In this document: piece after piece, positions 1 through 8,512 of the stretch
Position numbering within the stretch: position 1 is the stretch's first letter
Layout: each line of letters opens with the position of its first letter
Assembly (NCBI GenBank): GCA_965215505.1
Contig: OZ244065.1
Location: 5,760,001 to 5,824,000, forward strand
DNA length: 64,000 nucleotides
Origin: Capsulimonadaceae bacterium
Lineage (GTDB): Bacteria; Armatimonadota; Armatimonadia; Armatimonadales; Capsulimonadaceae
Direction: 5' to 3'
The notes under the pieces: model-generated
What the model saw: the letters and a program-made list of their open reading frames with translations, nothing else
Told to the model about the DNA's origin: nothing
The model's database searches: none
Made by a program: the position numbers and the translations under genes

Positions 1-117
1 ACGACGCCGTTTTCCCCTTCATCCGCAACGAAGCAGCCCGTGATGGTGCGCTCGCGGAAGCGTCTCCCCGTCTGCTCGCTGGTATCTGCCACCGCTCGTT
101 GAAAGGAAAACGTCGTG
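1..117 (+). promoter_or_regulatory. Conserved putative structured 5' leader, copy 1 (may extend left of window)
   Basis: Shares ACGACGCCGTTTTCCC, CCGCAACGAAGC, GCGCTC..GGAAGCGT and CCGCTCG..GAAAGGAA blocks, in order, with 1347-1496. Confidence 0.6.
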
Positions 118-933
118 TCGACTCTCTTCCGCAGTCCGGCCCGGTCACGCAAGGGCTTTATCCTGATCGAGCTGCTCGTCGTCATCGCCATCATCGCTAT
201 TCTCGCCGCGATCCTCTTCCCCGTCTTCCAGAAGGTCCGTGAGAACGCCCGCCGCACCGCCTCCCTTTCCAACATCAAGCAGATGTCGCTCGGCTACACG
301 CTGTATTACCAGGATTCGGATGAGGTGCTGCCCGGCCTGTTCTACACCAGCCCCGTGGCGATCACTTATCCCGGCGAAACCACGCCCCGCACCACTTACA
401 CCTGGGTGGAATACCTGGAGCCGTATACGAGGAGCCACGGCATCTATCACTGCCCCGACGCGGGCACTACGGACAACGTACTCGCCGGGACCGCCACTTA
501 TATCGCCGACTATGCCGTGCTGCCTGGGCGGCCCGGCTACGGTGGCGGTACGGGGATGCGGGGCACGGCGGGTGCCGGGGGCGGGCAGGGGACACAGGAC
601 TGTCCTTTCTCGCAGCACCCCAGCAGAACGATCAACGGGACCGTCGTCCAGGATTTCAAGCTCTCCCAGGTAGCCCGTCCGACGGAGGCGATGCTCTTCA
701 CGGAAGGCTACCTGGGCTACAGCGCGGCCAGCGGCTTTTTGGAGCGCTTCTTCTTTGCGCGGCACAACGTCTCCTCGACCGTCCCCGGCCCCGGCGACCA
801 GATCAGGAACGCGATGGACGGCTCGGGCTGCCCGGCCTCTGCGGCGAATCCGGCCGCGCTTGACCCGCGCTTCCGGCCTGAAAGCGGCATGAACGTCGGC
901 TCCGTGGATGGTCATGCCAAGTACATGAGGTGA
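115..933 (+). CDS. Prepilin-type N-terminal cleavage/DUF1559, H-X9-DG domain protein (possibly prematurely stopped)
   Basis: [26 protein letters not shown]-terminus, [13 protein letters not shown]-terminal motif, GAAAGGA RBS before GTG. Confidence 0.85.
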   Translation: MSTLFRSPARSRKGFILIELLVVIAIIAILAAILFPVFQKVRENARRTASLSNIKQMSLGYTLYYQDSDEVLPGLFYTSPVAITYPGETTPRTTYTWVEYLEPYTRSHGIYHCPDAGTTDNVLAGTATYIADYAVLPGRPGYGGGTGMRGTAGAGGGQGTQDCPFSQHPSRTINGTVVQDFKLSQVARPTEAMLFTEGYLGYSAASGFLERFFFARHNVSSTVPGPGDQIRNAMDGSGCPASAANPAALDPRFRPESGMNVGSVDGHAKYMR

Positions 934-1045
934 GGCCAGCACCAGGAAAAAATCCAGCAGGCCGACGGCACATGGATTTGGCGCTATCTGACCGCCGACA
1001 TGTGACCGCTGACGCGTAACCGGCATGGGACCGGAACAGGAGCCA

Positions 1046-1075
1046 GGGGCCTGGAGGCACCCGCCTCCAGGCCCC
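1046..1075. terminator. 13-bp GC hairpin after DUF1559 gene
   Basis: GGGGCCTGGAGGC-accc-GCCTCCAGGCCCC; no U-tract. Confidence 0.4.
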
Positions 1076-1346
1076 CACGTCCCTATGATGCGCCGCACGA
1101 GTGCCTGCAAGTTGCAAGTAGGCTGCCCGCCGATGCGGGACGGACGGCAGGCGGGTGATGGTGCGCTTGCCTGATTGCCTGGCGACTCGCCCGGTGCCGT
1201 TAACATAAATTGGCTACTCTGGCAAAAAAACACTATTTTGCTCGGCTGACATAGTATATTTTCCGTCAAAGTGCGGGTATACTTCACCAATCCAAAGCAA
1301 TGCCGCTTGTACCGCATTCTGCCCTGACCACCCTTTGTTTTGGAAC

Positions 1347-1496
1347 ACGACGCCGTTTTCCCTCTATCCCGCAACGAAGCGACCCTGTCGGACAAAGATT
1401 TCCAGTGCTGTCTCCTGGAATCTTGGCGCGCTCATGGAAGCGTTCGCCATCTCAGGGGTAGCCAGATACCCCGCTCGCAGAAAGGAACTCATCGTG
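1347..1496 (+). promoter_or_regulatory. Conserved putative structured 5' leader, copy 2
   Basis: Same blocks as 1-117 plus an extra hairpin AAGATTTCCAG/CTGGAATCTT at about 1395-1424. Confidence 0.6.
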
Positions 1497-2408
1497 CCGT
1501 ATCATCTCTCCAAACCGGGTCAGCCCCGCAGGGGCTTCACCCTGATCGAGCTGCTCGTCGTCATCGCCATCATCGCGATTCTCGCCGCCATCCTCTTCCC
1601 GGTCTTCCAGAAGGTCCGCGAGAACGCCCGCCGCGCCTCCTGCCAGTCCAACATGAAGCAGATCGGGATCGCCATGATCCAGTACACGCAGGATGCGGAC
1701 GAGAAGTACCCCATCACGGTGCCCTTCGCGCCGGGCCTCTGGTACTCCGGCTACGTCTTCACCACGCCGGCGGAGTGGAGGCCAACCGCCAGCTATGTCC
1801 TGCGGAACTCGTACTGGTCCAACTCGCTCCAGACCTTCATCAAGAGCGAGGCGGTCTATACCTGCCCGGACTCGACCGAGTACCACAATGCAGGTGTCAG
1901 CTACGTCAGCCCGCCGGTGCAGTGGGCGAACATGTCCTACATGATGAACGGGAACCTCAATTCGCTCAACCTGTCGTCCGTCAACTCGCCCGCGATCCTG
2001 ATTATGTTCATGGATAAACTCGGCCTTGCGAGCGAGTCCGGCTTCGGCGACGTCATGCCGACTCTGATCTGCACGGACGCGACTCAGCCCTGCGTCTACC
2101 AGGCAAATCCTAACCCGAGCGGCAGCACATGCGCGACAGCGAATGCGGGCAACGGCTCGACGGACGGGTGGTATGTGCCCTTCCTCCCCTGGCCCCCCGC
2201 CACCTCACAGTTCTCGGCGATGGTACACTCGGGCGGTGACAACCTTGCCTATGCCGATGGGCACGTCAAGTGGATCCGCCACGACGGGAATTACACGTCC
2301 GACCCCTGGACCAAATACGACTCGTTCGGCAATGCGACGGACTACACCTACGATGGCTGCCACGACTGGCTCTTCCGGCCGGAGATGGACCACACTTCCT
2401 ACCCCTAA
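1494..2408 (+). CDS. Prepilin-type N-terminal cleavage/DUF1559, H-X9-DG domain protein
   Basis: [33 protein letters not shown]; start moved to GTG 1494 after GAAAGGA RBS. Confidence 0.92.
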   Translation: MPYHLSKPGQPRRGFTLIELLVVIAIIAILAAILFPVFQKVRENARRASCQSNMKQIGIAMIQYTQDADEKYPITVPFAPGLWYSGYVFTTPAEWRPTASYVLRNSYWSNSLQTFIKSEAVYTCPDSTEYHNAGVSYVSPPVQWANMSYMMNGNLNSLNLSSVNSPAILIMFMDKLGLASESGFGDVMPTLICTDATQPCVYQANPNPSGSTCATANAGNGSTDGWYVPFLPWPPATSQFSAMVHSGGDNLAYADGHVKWIRHDGNYTSDPWTKYDSFGNATDYTYDGCHDWLFRPEMDHTSYP

Positions 2409-2423
2409 AGCCGCTGCCAATCA

Positions 2424-2450
2424 GGGTGCCGCCTCGTTGTGGCGGCACCC
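2424..2450. repeat. 10-bp perfect intergenic hairpin
   Basis: GGGTGCCGCC-tcgttgt-GGCGGCACCC. Confidence 0.6.
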
Positions 2451-2488
2451 AATGGCTGTTCCCTTCTGGGGAAGTGAAGGAGAAATGA

Positions 2489-2749
2489 ATGACGAAGAAG
2501 TTGAAGCACGGGATGATGCTCTGTGCCGCACTTGCCGGTGCGTCTTTCCTGATCGCCGGATGCTCCAAGACCGACGATGCGCCGCCAACAGCCCCGCCGC
2601 CCGTACCGGCGGCAGGGGCACAAGGTGGCGGACCTAGACCCGCTCCCGGCCCGATGGCCTCGCCGAGCGGTGCCCCGGCAGGGGGTGCCCCGGCAGGGGG
2701 TGCCCCAGCAGCGGGCGGCCAAGCGGCGGGCGCTGCCGGCACCATGTGA
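2489..2749 (+). CDS. Small Pro/Ala/Gly-rich lipoprotein
   Basis: Basic N-terminus, hydrophobic core, lipobox IAG-C; AAGGAG RBS; low-complexity mature part. Confidence 0.75.
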   Translation: MTKKLKHGMMLCAALAGASFLIAGCSKTDDAPPTAPPPVPAAGAQGGGPRPAPGPMASPSGAPAGGAPAGGAPAAGGQAAGAAGTM

Positions 2750-2816
2750 CAGGCGCTTGCTGTCTGCATGGCCCTGCGGGGTGTCAGACAAGAACAATGC
2801 GGCAGACAAAACAATC

Positions 2817-2853
2817 GGGCGGAGACACAGAATGTGTCCCCGCCCTTTTTCTT
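2817..2853 (+). terminator. Rho-independent terminator
   Basis: GGGCGGAGACACA-gaa-TGTGTCCCCGCCC followed by TTTTTCTTT. Confidence 0.85.
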
Positions 2854-2866
2854 TGCGTTCCATCAC

Positions 2867-2896
2867 TTGACACGCCCTGCCTGCTCGCGCTATAAT
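2867..2896 (+). promoter_or_regulatory. Sigma70-type promoter of the pyr operon
   Basis: TTGACA-N18-TATAAT, both hexamers perfect consensus. Confidence 0.85.
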
Positions 2897-2924
2897 GCTT
2901 GCAGATCGTTTCGTTTGATCTCGT

Positions 2925-3046
2925 GACCTTTAATCCCGTCCCGCGAGGCGGGGAAGGCAGCGTCCCACACGTCCAGGCGCCGTACTGAAACCGTTTCAGG
3001 CCCCCTGCTCTGTCGCGCCCCCTTTCCGCCCGCTTTGGGACTTTTT
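2925..3046 (+). promoter_or_regulatory. PyrR-binding loop / attenuator leader
   Basis: CCTTTAAtccCGTCCcGcGAGGCGgggAAGG resembles the PyrR binding-loop consensus; directly upstream of pyrR; alternative pairings and a T-run at 3042-3046. Confidence 0.85.
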
Positions 3047-3072
3047 CTCGGAAATCGTTCTTGAGGCGAACC

Positions 3073-3669
3073 ATGTCCTCCGAAGCCGACGGCCCATACC
3101 CGAATCCAGTCACTGACTCCTCGCCCCTCAACGCCGCCACCATCATGGATGCCGACGAGATGCGCCGTGCCTGGACGCGCATCGCGCACGAGGTGCTGGA
3201 AAAGAACCGGGGGGTCCGGGACCTCGCCATCGTCGGAATCCTCCGCAAAGGTGCCCCACTGGCCCGCCGCCTCGCCGACGCCATCGCGCGCATCGAGGGC
3301 ACTCCGGTCCCCGTGGGCGACCTGGACATCTCCCTGTACCGTGACGACTTCCGCACCTACCAGCCCAAGGTGGGGACGACAAAAATCCCCTTCGACATCG
3401 AGGGCAAGCGGCTGATCCTGGTGGACGACGTCGCCTTCACCGGCCGGACCGTCCGCGCCGCCCTCGGTGCCCTGGTTGACCTGGGTCGCCCCGCCGTCAC
3501 CCAACTCGCCGTGCTGGTGGACCGGGGTCACCGTGAGCTGCCCATCCGCCCCGATTACGTCGGCAAGAACCTCCCCACGGGCCGCCGCGAGTTCGTCAAA
3601 GTCTTCCTGAGCGAGCTGGACGGCGAGGACAAAGTAGTCATCCACAAGGATGCAGGGGCGGGGGCATGA
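3073..3669 (+). CDS. pyrR: Pyrimidine operon regulator / uracil phosphoribosyltransferase
   Basis: [50 protein letters not shown]. Confidence 0.97.
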   Translation: MSSEADGPYPNPVTDSSPLNAATIMDADEMRRAWTRIAHEVLEKNRGVRDLAIVGILRKGAPLARRLADAIARIEGTPVPVGDLDISLYRDDFRTYQPKVGTTKIPFDIEGKRLILVDDVAFTGRTVRAALGALVDLGRPAVTQLAVLVDRGHRELPIRPDYVGKNLPTGRREFVKVFLSELDGEDKVVIHKDAGAGA

Positions 3670-4589
3670 GGCGTAAAGACCTCTTAGACCTGCAAAGCCT
3701 GACCGCCGAGGAGATCACCTATCTGCTTGACACGGCGCAGTCGTTCCGGGAGATCGTCACCCGGCCCGTCAAGAAGGTGCCGACTCTGCGCGGCAAGTCC
3801 GTCGCCACCCTCTTCTTCGAGCCGAGTACGCGGACGCGGACGTCGTTTGAAGCGGCAGCCAAGATCATGTCGGCGGACACATACAGCCTGGCCGGGACCA
3901 CGAGCAGCGCGGTCAAGGGCGAGTCGCTCAAAGACACGATGCTGACGCTGGACGCGATGGGCATAGACGCCTTCGTCATCCGCCACCCGTTCAGCGGCGC
4001 GGCCCACCTCGCCGCCAAATATGTGCCTAAAAAGCCCGTCATCAACGCCGGGGACGGGACGCACGAACACCCGACGCAGGGCCTGCTGGACCTGCTGACG
4101 ATTCGGCAGGTGAAGGGCCGGATCGCGGGCCTGACCGTCGCCATCGTCGGCGACGTGCTGCACAGTCGGGTCGCCCGCTCCAACATCTGGGGCCTGCACG
4201 CGATGGGCGCGAACGTCCGGCTCGTCGGCCCACCGACACTGCTGCCTGCCGATTCCGATCAGTTACCCGTCGAGGTCTTCACGAACCTGGAAGCGGGCCT
4301 GCGTGGAGTGGACGTGGTCAACATCCTGCGTATCCAGCTAGAGCGTCAGGATTCGGCCTTCTTCCCGTCCGTCCGCGAGTACGCCCGGCTGTTCGGCGTC
4401 AGCAAGGCGAAGCTGAAGGACGCCGCGCCGGACGTGACCGTGCTGCACCCCGGCCCGATGAACCGGGGCGTCGAGATCGCCTCCGCCCTGGCCGATGACG
4501 ACATCGCCGTCATCACGGACCAGGTGACGAACGGCGTTGCGGTTCGCATGGCCGTCCTGTTCTGGTTGATGGGGGCGCCGACGCCCTGA
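3666..4589 (+). CDS. pyrB: Aspartate carbamoyltransferase catalytic subunit
   Basis: [33 protein letters not shown]. Confidence 0.98.
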   Translation: MRRKDLLDLQSLTAEEITYLLDTAQSFREIVTRPVKKVPTLRGKSVATLFFEPSTRTRTSFEAAAKIMSADTYSLAGTTSSAVKGESLKDTMLTLDAMGIDAFVIRHPFSGAAHLAAKYVPKKPVINAGDGTHEHPTQGLLDLLTIRQVKGRIAGLTVAIVGDVLHSRVARSNIWGLHAMGANVRLVGPPTLLPADSDQLPVEVFTNLEAGLRGVDVVNILRIQLERQDSAFFPSVREYARLFGVSKAKLKDAAPDVTVLHPGPMNRGVEIASALADDDIAVITDQVTNGVAVRMAVLFWLMGAPTP

Positions 4590-4646
4590 AGTCCCGGCTG
4601 ATTGTGTTCCGGCTGGAAGAACAGCCGGACCAAAGGAGTAGATGAA

Positions 4647-5204
4647 TTGAGCGTCAACCGTGTCCTGCGCTTCCTCGGCGGTCTGTTCATCGCGACGGTG
4701 CTGCTGGTCCTGATCCTGCCGTTCGCGGGCATCCCGCAGTCCAAGTTCCTGCCGCCGTTCGTGGCCTACTCGAAAGCGACTGGGAGCGCCCGAGGGTTCA
4801 TCACGAAGAAAGAGGTCGCGCCGACGGTCAACCCGTTCAAGACCGGCGATCACATCTTCCTGCTGGACTACACGTTTAGAGCGCCCGATCCCCCCTTGCG
4901 TGGTCAGGTGAAGCCTGGTCCAAAGCAGGTGCATAACGCGCAGATCAAGGTGGACGCCGCCACCTGGGGCGACATGGACAACCCTAAGAAGACCGGCATG
5001 CTGCCTGGTCAGATCGTCCATGTAAAGTTCGAGACGACCTACCCGGACATCAACGGCATAGACAAACCAGACTTGGGACTGGGATGCGGGCCGGGCAGCA
5101 ACATCCTGAGCGGCTGGCTCCTATTCGTACTCCTGGACCTGGTCCTGGCCTACGGCTTCATGGCCCTCGTCCTGGAGCGGTTCGGGCGGCAGGAAGACAT
5201 CTGA
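4647..5204 (+). CDS. Hypothetical membrane protein with two terminal TM segments
   Basis: AAAGGAG RBS before TTG; hydrophobic N- and C-terminal helices. Confidence 0.7.
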   Translation: MSVNRVLRFLGGLFIATVLLVLILPFAGIPQSKFLPPFVAYSKATGSARGFITKKEVAPTVNPFKTGDHIFLLDYTFRAPDPPLRGQVKPGPKQVHNAQIKVDAATWGDMDNPKKTGMLPGQIVHVKFETTYPDINGIDKPDLGLGCGPGSNILSGWLLFVLLDLVLAYGFMALVLERFGRQEDI

Positions 5205-5206
5205 GT

Positions 5207-5668
5207 TTGACGCTGAAAGAGTTGCAGCCGTCCCTTGATTATGATGACAACCAGGCAAAGAGCTGCCTCTACCTGAAGGACGGCGTGTTCACCGTTCACG
5301 TCAACGAGGCCGCGCTTGCGGCCCTGCGCTGGAGCCTGTGGTGGCTGGCGGCAGACGCCCCCCGTGGGGAGGATGTTTCCATCTCCTCGTTCTGGAGAGG
5401 CGATTTAGTCGACCAGGGCACACAGATCGGCTATTGTGAGATCACCCTCGTCGGCGAGGGAAAATCTCGTAACCCAAAAGCCCCACATAAGCTAAGGCTG
5501 GAGGACGACCGATTAGATCTTTTCGTGACACGGGAGCCGGCCAAAGAAGCTTTCTTCGCGGTCCAAGAAGTCGGCTTCGGTAAGGCTGACCCGGACAGGA
5601 CACAGATTTTCGGCCTCCTCTGGATTACGCTCCTGCCGGACCCCTTGTGGCCTGCGGGCGTCGCTTGA
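5207..5668 (+). CDS. Hypothetical protein
   Basis: ORF fills the gap between neighbours; start uncertain (TTG 5207); no family recognised. Confidence 0.55.
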   Translation: MTLKELQPSLDYDDNQAKSCLYLKDGVFTVHVNEAALAALRWSLWWLAADAPRGEDVSISSFWRGDLVDQGTQIGYCEITLVGEGKSRNPKAPHKLRLEDDRLDLFVTREPAKEAFFAVQEVGFGKADPDRTQIFGLLWITLLPDPLWPAGVA

Positions 5669-5679
5669 ACAATAACGAC

Positions 5680-6957
5680 ATGACCAGTTATCTCCTTAAA
5701 AGTGGACGGGTGATTGACCCCGCGAATGGCCGCGACGGAGTGGCCGACGTACTCATCGGCGCGGACGGCCTGATCGCCGAGGTCGGGCCGGGCCTCGACG
5801 CCGGGCCGGACGCGCAGGTCGTGGACTGCACGGGCCAGATCGTCGCGCCGGGTCTCATTGACATGCATGTCCACCTGCGCGTACCAGGCCAGGAGTACAA
5901 AGAAGACGTCGCCTCGGGCACGGCGGCGGCGGCAAACGGGGGCTTCACCGCCATCGCCTGCCAGCCGAACACGGCTCCGCCGATCGACCAGGCGGGCATC
6001 GTTCGGGACATCTTGGCTCAGGCCACCCACGCCTCGGCGCGCGTCCACGTCGTCGCCGCCGTCAGCAAGGGGCTGGAAAACACCGAACTCAGCGAGATGG
6101 CGGACCTGAAGGATGCCGGCGCGGTCGCCATCGGCGATGACGCCTTCCCTGTCCACAACAGCGGCTTCCTGCGCCGGGCGATGGAATACTGCCGGATGCT
6201 CGACCTGCCCTACATGGCCCACTGCGAAGACAAGGACCTGACGGGCGACGGCGTGATGAATGAAGGCTACGTCTCGACCGTGCTGGGACTGAGGGGCATC
6301 CCGCGCTCCGCCGAGAACGTCGGCACGGCCCGGAACATCCTGCTCGCCATGACGATCGGCTGCCGCCTGCACATCCTGCACGTCAGCACCAAGGAGAGCG
6401 TCGAGATCATCCGCCACGCCAAGAGCTTCGGCGCACTGATCACCTGCGAAACCTGCCCGCAATACGTCGCCCTGACCGACGAGGCGTGCCTTGACTACAA
6501 CACGAACGCCAAGATGTCGCCGCCCCTACGGACGAAAGCCGATCAGGAGGCCATCATCGAGGGCCTGCGCGACGGCACCATTGACGCCATCGCGACCGAC
6601 CACGCGCCGCACGCGCCGCACGAGAAGGAGCAGGAGTTTGCCCGCGCCCCCTTCGGGATGCTCGGCCTGGAAACCTCGCTTGGCCTGGTCGTGACGCACC
6701 TCGTCAAGCCGGGTGTCCTGACGCTCCCGCAGATGGTGGAGAAGATGTCGCTCGTGCCCGCGCGCATCCTGGGCGTCCCCGCCGGGACGCTCTCGGTCGG
6801 CACCGCCGCCGACATCAGCGTCTTCGACTCCGAGGCCGAGTGGACGGTGGATGTGAGCCGGTTCAAGTCCAAGTCCCGTAACAGTGTGCTGGAAGGCGTC
6901 ACGCTGATGGGCAAGCCAATCACGACGTTCGTGGGCGGACGGCGGGTAATGCTATAA
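5680..6957 (+). CDS. pyrC: Dihydroorotase
   Basis: PGLIDMHVHLRVPG, HCED, IATDHAPH. Confidence 0.96.
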   Translation: MTSYLLKSGRVIDPANGRDGVADVLIGADGLIAEVGPGLDAGPDAQVVDCTGQIVAPGLIDMHVHLRVPGQEYKEDVASGTAAAANGGFTAIACQPNTAPPIDQAGIVRDILAQATHASARVHVVAAVSKGLENTELSEMADLKDAGAVAIGDDAFPVHNSGFLRRAMEYCRMLDLPYMAHCEDKDLTGDGVMNEGYVSTVLGLRGIPRSAENVGTARNILLAMTIGCRLHILHVSTKESVEIIRHAKSFGALITCETCPQYVALTDEACLDYNTNAKMSPPLRTKADQEAIIEGLRDGTIDAIATDHAPHAPHEKEQEFARAPFGMLGLETSLGLVVTHLVKPGVLTLPQMVEKMSLVPARILGVPAGTLSVGTAADISVFDSEAEWTVDVSRFKSKSRNSVLEGVTLMGKPITTFVGGRRVML

Positions 6958-6961
6958 AGCC

Positions 6962-7008
6962 CCCAAGCGGTTGAAAACCGCTCGCTAAGTGAGGCGTCCT
7001 GCGGACGC
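6962..7008. repeat. REP-like palindromic element (GGTTGAAA family)
   Basis: AGCGGTTGAAAACCGCT..GCGTCCTGCGGACGC resembles 57058-57106. Confidence 0.55.
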
Positions 7009-7032
7009 GAGGATGTGTGGAATTGCCGGACG

Positions 7033-7410
7033 ATGAAAGTAAAAACACCGCTCCAGGCGTTGATAGAAAAATATCGTTATCATGTGGACTTCGCTGAACT
7101 AGACCTGAATGACATCAATCGGCAGTGTTATCCCGATGATGATGCCCTAATTCATTTGGTCGCCCGCGTCGGTGGACCGGATGAGATTGAGCTACTGGTA
7201 GTATCCGGCGCACGGGTGAATGCGCTCGGAGATATGGGGTTCACGGCTCTGCATTACGCAGCCATGAACGGACGCCTTACAGTGGCAAAAAGGCTGCTTG
7301 ATCTTGGTGCAGACCCAAACATACGCAACGAGTGGGGGCAAACCGCAGCAGTGGTTGCTGTGATCGGCGGCCACACCGACATGACTAAGCTTCTTAAACG
7401 CGGCAAATAA
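7033..7410 (+). CDS. Ankyrin repeat protein
   Basis: GFTALHYAAMNG, LLDLGADPNIRNEWGQTA; visibly lower GC than flanks. Confidence 0.88.
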   Translation: MKVKTPLQALIEKYRYHVDFAELDLNDINRQCYPDDDALIHLVARVGGPDEIELLVVSGARVNALGDMGFTALHYAAMNGRLTVAKRLLDLGADPNIRNEWGQTAAVVAVIGGHTDMTKLLKRGK

Positions 7411-7417
7411 CTGACTT

Positions 7418-8512
7418 ATGACCCAAGCGCATCTCGTCCTCGCGGACGGCACAACCTATACCGGGACCGCCTTCGGGGCGGCGGGGACGACGACCGGGGA
7501 AGTCGTCTTCAATACGGGCATGACCGGCTACCAGGAGATCCTGACCGACCCCTCCTACGCCGGGCAGCTCGTCACGCTGACCTACCCAATTATCGGCAAC
7601 TACGGAGTCACGCCCGACGATTTCGAGTCTAAGCGCGTCCAGGTCGCCGGGTTCATCGTCAAGGAATTGGCCGACGCGCCATCCAACTGGCGCTCGGTCG
7701 GCACGCTCGACGACTTCCTGAAGACGCACGGCGTCGTCGGCATCGCGGGCCTAGACACGCGCGCCCTGACCCAGAAATTGCGCTCCGTCGGCGTGATGAT
7801 GGGAGCCATCTCGTCCGAGATGACCCCCGCCGAAATGGCGCAGCTTCTCACGTCCGCCCGTTCCTATGACCACATAGACTATACGGCTTTCGTGACGACC
7901 GAACACCCTTACGTCTGGCCCTCGACGACGGGAGAAACGAAGTACAGGATCGCCCTGCTGGACTGCGGCGTCAAGTTCAACATCCTGCGCTCGCTGGCCG
8001 CCCTGGGCGTGGAGATCACCGTCTATCCGGCCCACACGCCGGCCGACGTGATCCTGGCGACCAACCCCGACGGCATCTTCCTGTCCCCTGGACCCGGCGA
8101 CCCGGCCCTGCTGGGCGACATCGTCCAGAACGTCCGCATCCTGTCCCATGCCAAGCCGACCATGGGCATCTGCATGGGCAACCAACTCATCGGGTGCGCC
8201 TTCGGTGGGCACACCTTCAAACTGCCGTTCGGCCACCGCGGCTCGAACCATCCCGTCAAAGACCTGGAGACGGGCCGGGTCGTCATCACGTCCCAGAACC
8301 ACGGCTACGCCCTGGCCGCCGACGGCTTTGACGACCCCGACGTGGAGGTCTGGCAGATCAACCTGAACGACGGCACGGTGGAAGGCCTGCGCCACAAGAC
8401 GCTGCCCATCTTCTCGATCCAGTACCACCCAGAAGCCTCGCCCGGCCCCGCCGACAGCCAGGGCTACTTCGCGCGGTTCCTGAAAATGATCGATGAACAC
8501 AGGGCTGATTAA
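7418..8512 (+). CDS. carA: Carbamoyl-phosphate synthase small subunit
   Basis: GEVVFNTGMTGYQEILTDPSY, GICMG, QYHPEASPGP. Confidence 0.98.
   Translation: MTQAHLVLADGTTYTGTAFGAAGTTTGEVVFNTGMTGYQEILTDPSYAGQLVTLTYPIIGNYGVTPDDFESKRVQVAGFIVKELADAPSNWRSVGTLDDFLKTHGVVGIAGLDTRALTQKLRSVGVMMGAISSEMTPAEMAQLLTSARSYDHIDYTAFVTTEHPYVWPSTTGETKYRIALLDCGVKFNILRSLAALGVEITVYPAHTPADVILATNPDGIFLSPGPGDPALLGDIVQNVRILSHAKPTMGICMGNQLIGCAFGGHTFKLPFGHRGSNHPVKDLETGRVVITSQNHGYALAADGFDDPDVEVWQINLNDGTVEGLRHKTLPIFSIQYHPEASPGPADSQGYFARFLKMIDEHRAD

Noticed and set aside
1155-1167. 13-bp match (GTGATGGTGCGCT) to positions 40-52 as a third leader copy
   Set aside because: The flanking conserved blocks are absent; could be chance or a remnant
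1335-1493. N-terminal extensions in the ORF track (also 32215-32499, 40797-41414, 57065-57307, 60051-60197)
   Set aside because: Better starts with an RBS or coupling lie downstream; the extensions overlap other genes, leaders or repeats
5207-5668. Calling this ORF a polymorphic-toxin immunity protein
   Set aside because: Only a vague resemblance; no diagnostic motif or cognate toxin in the window
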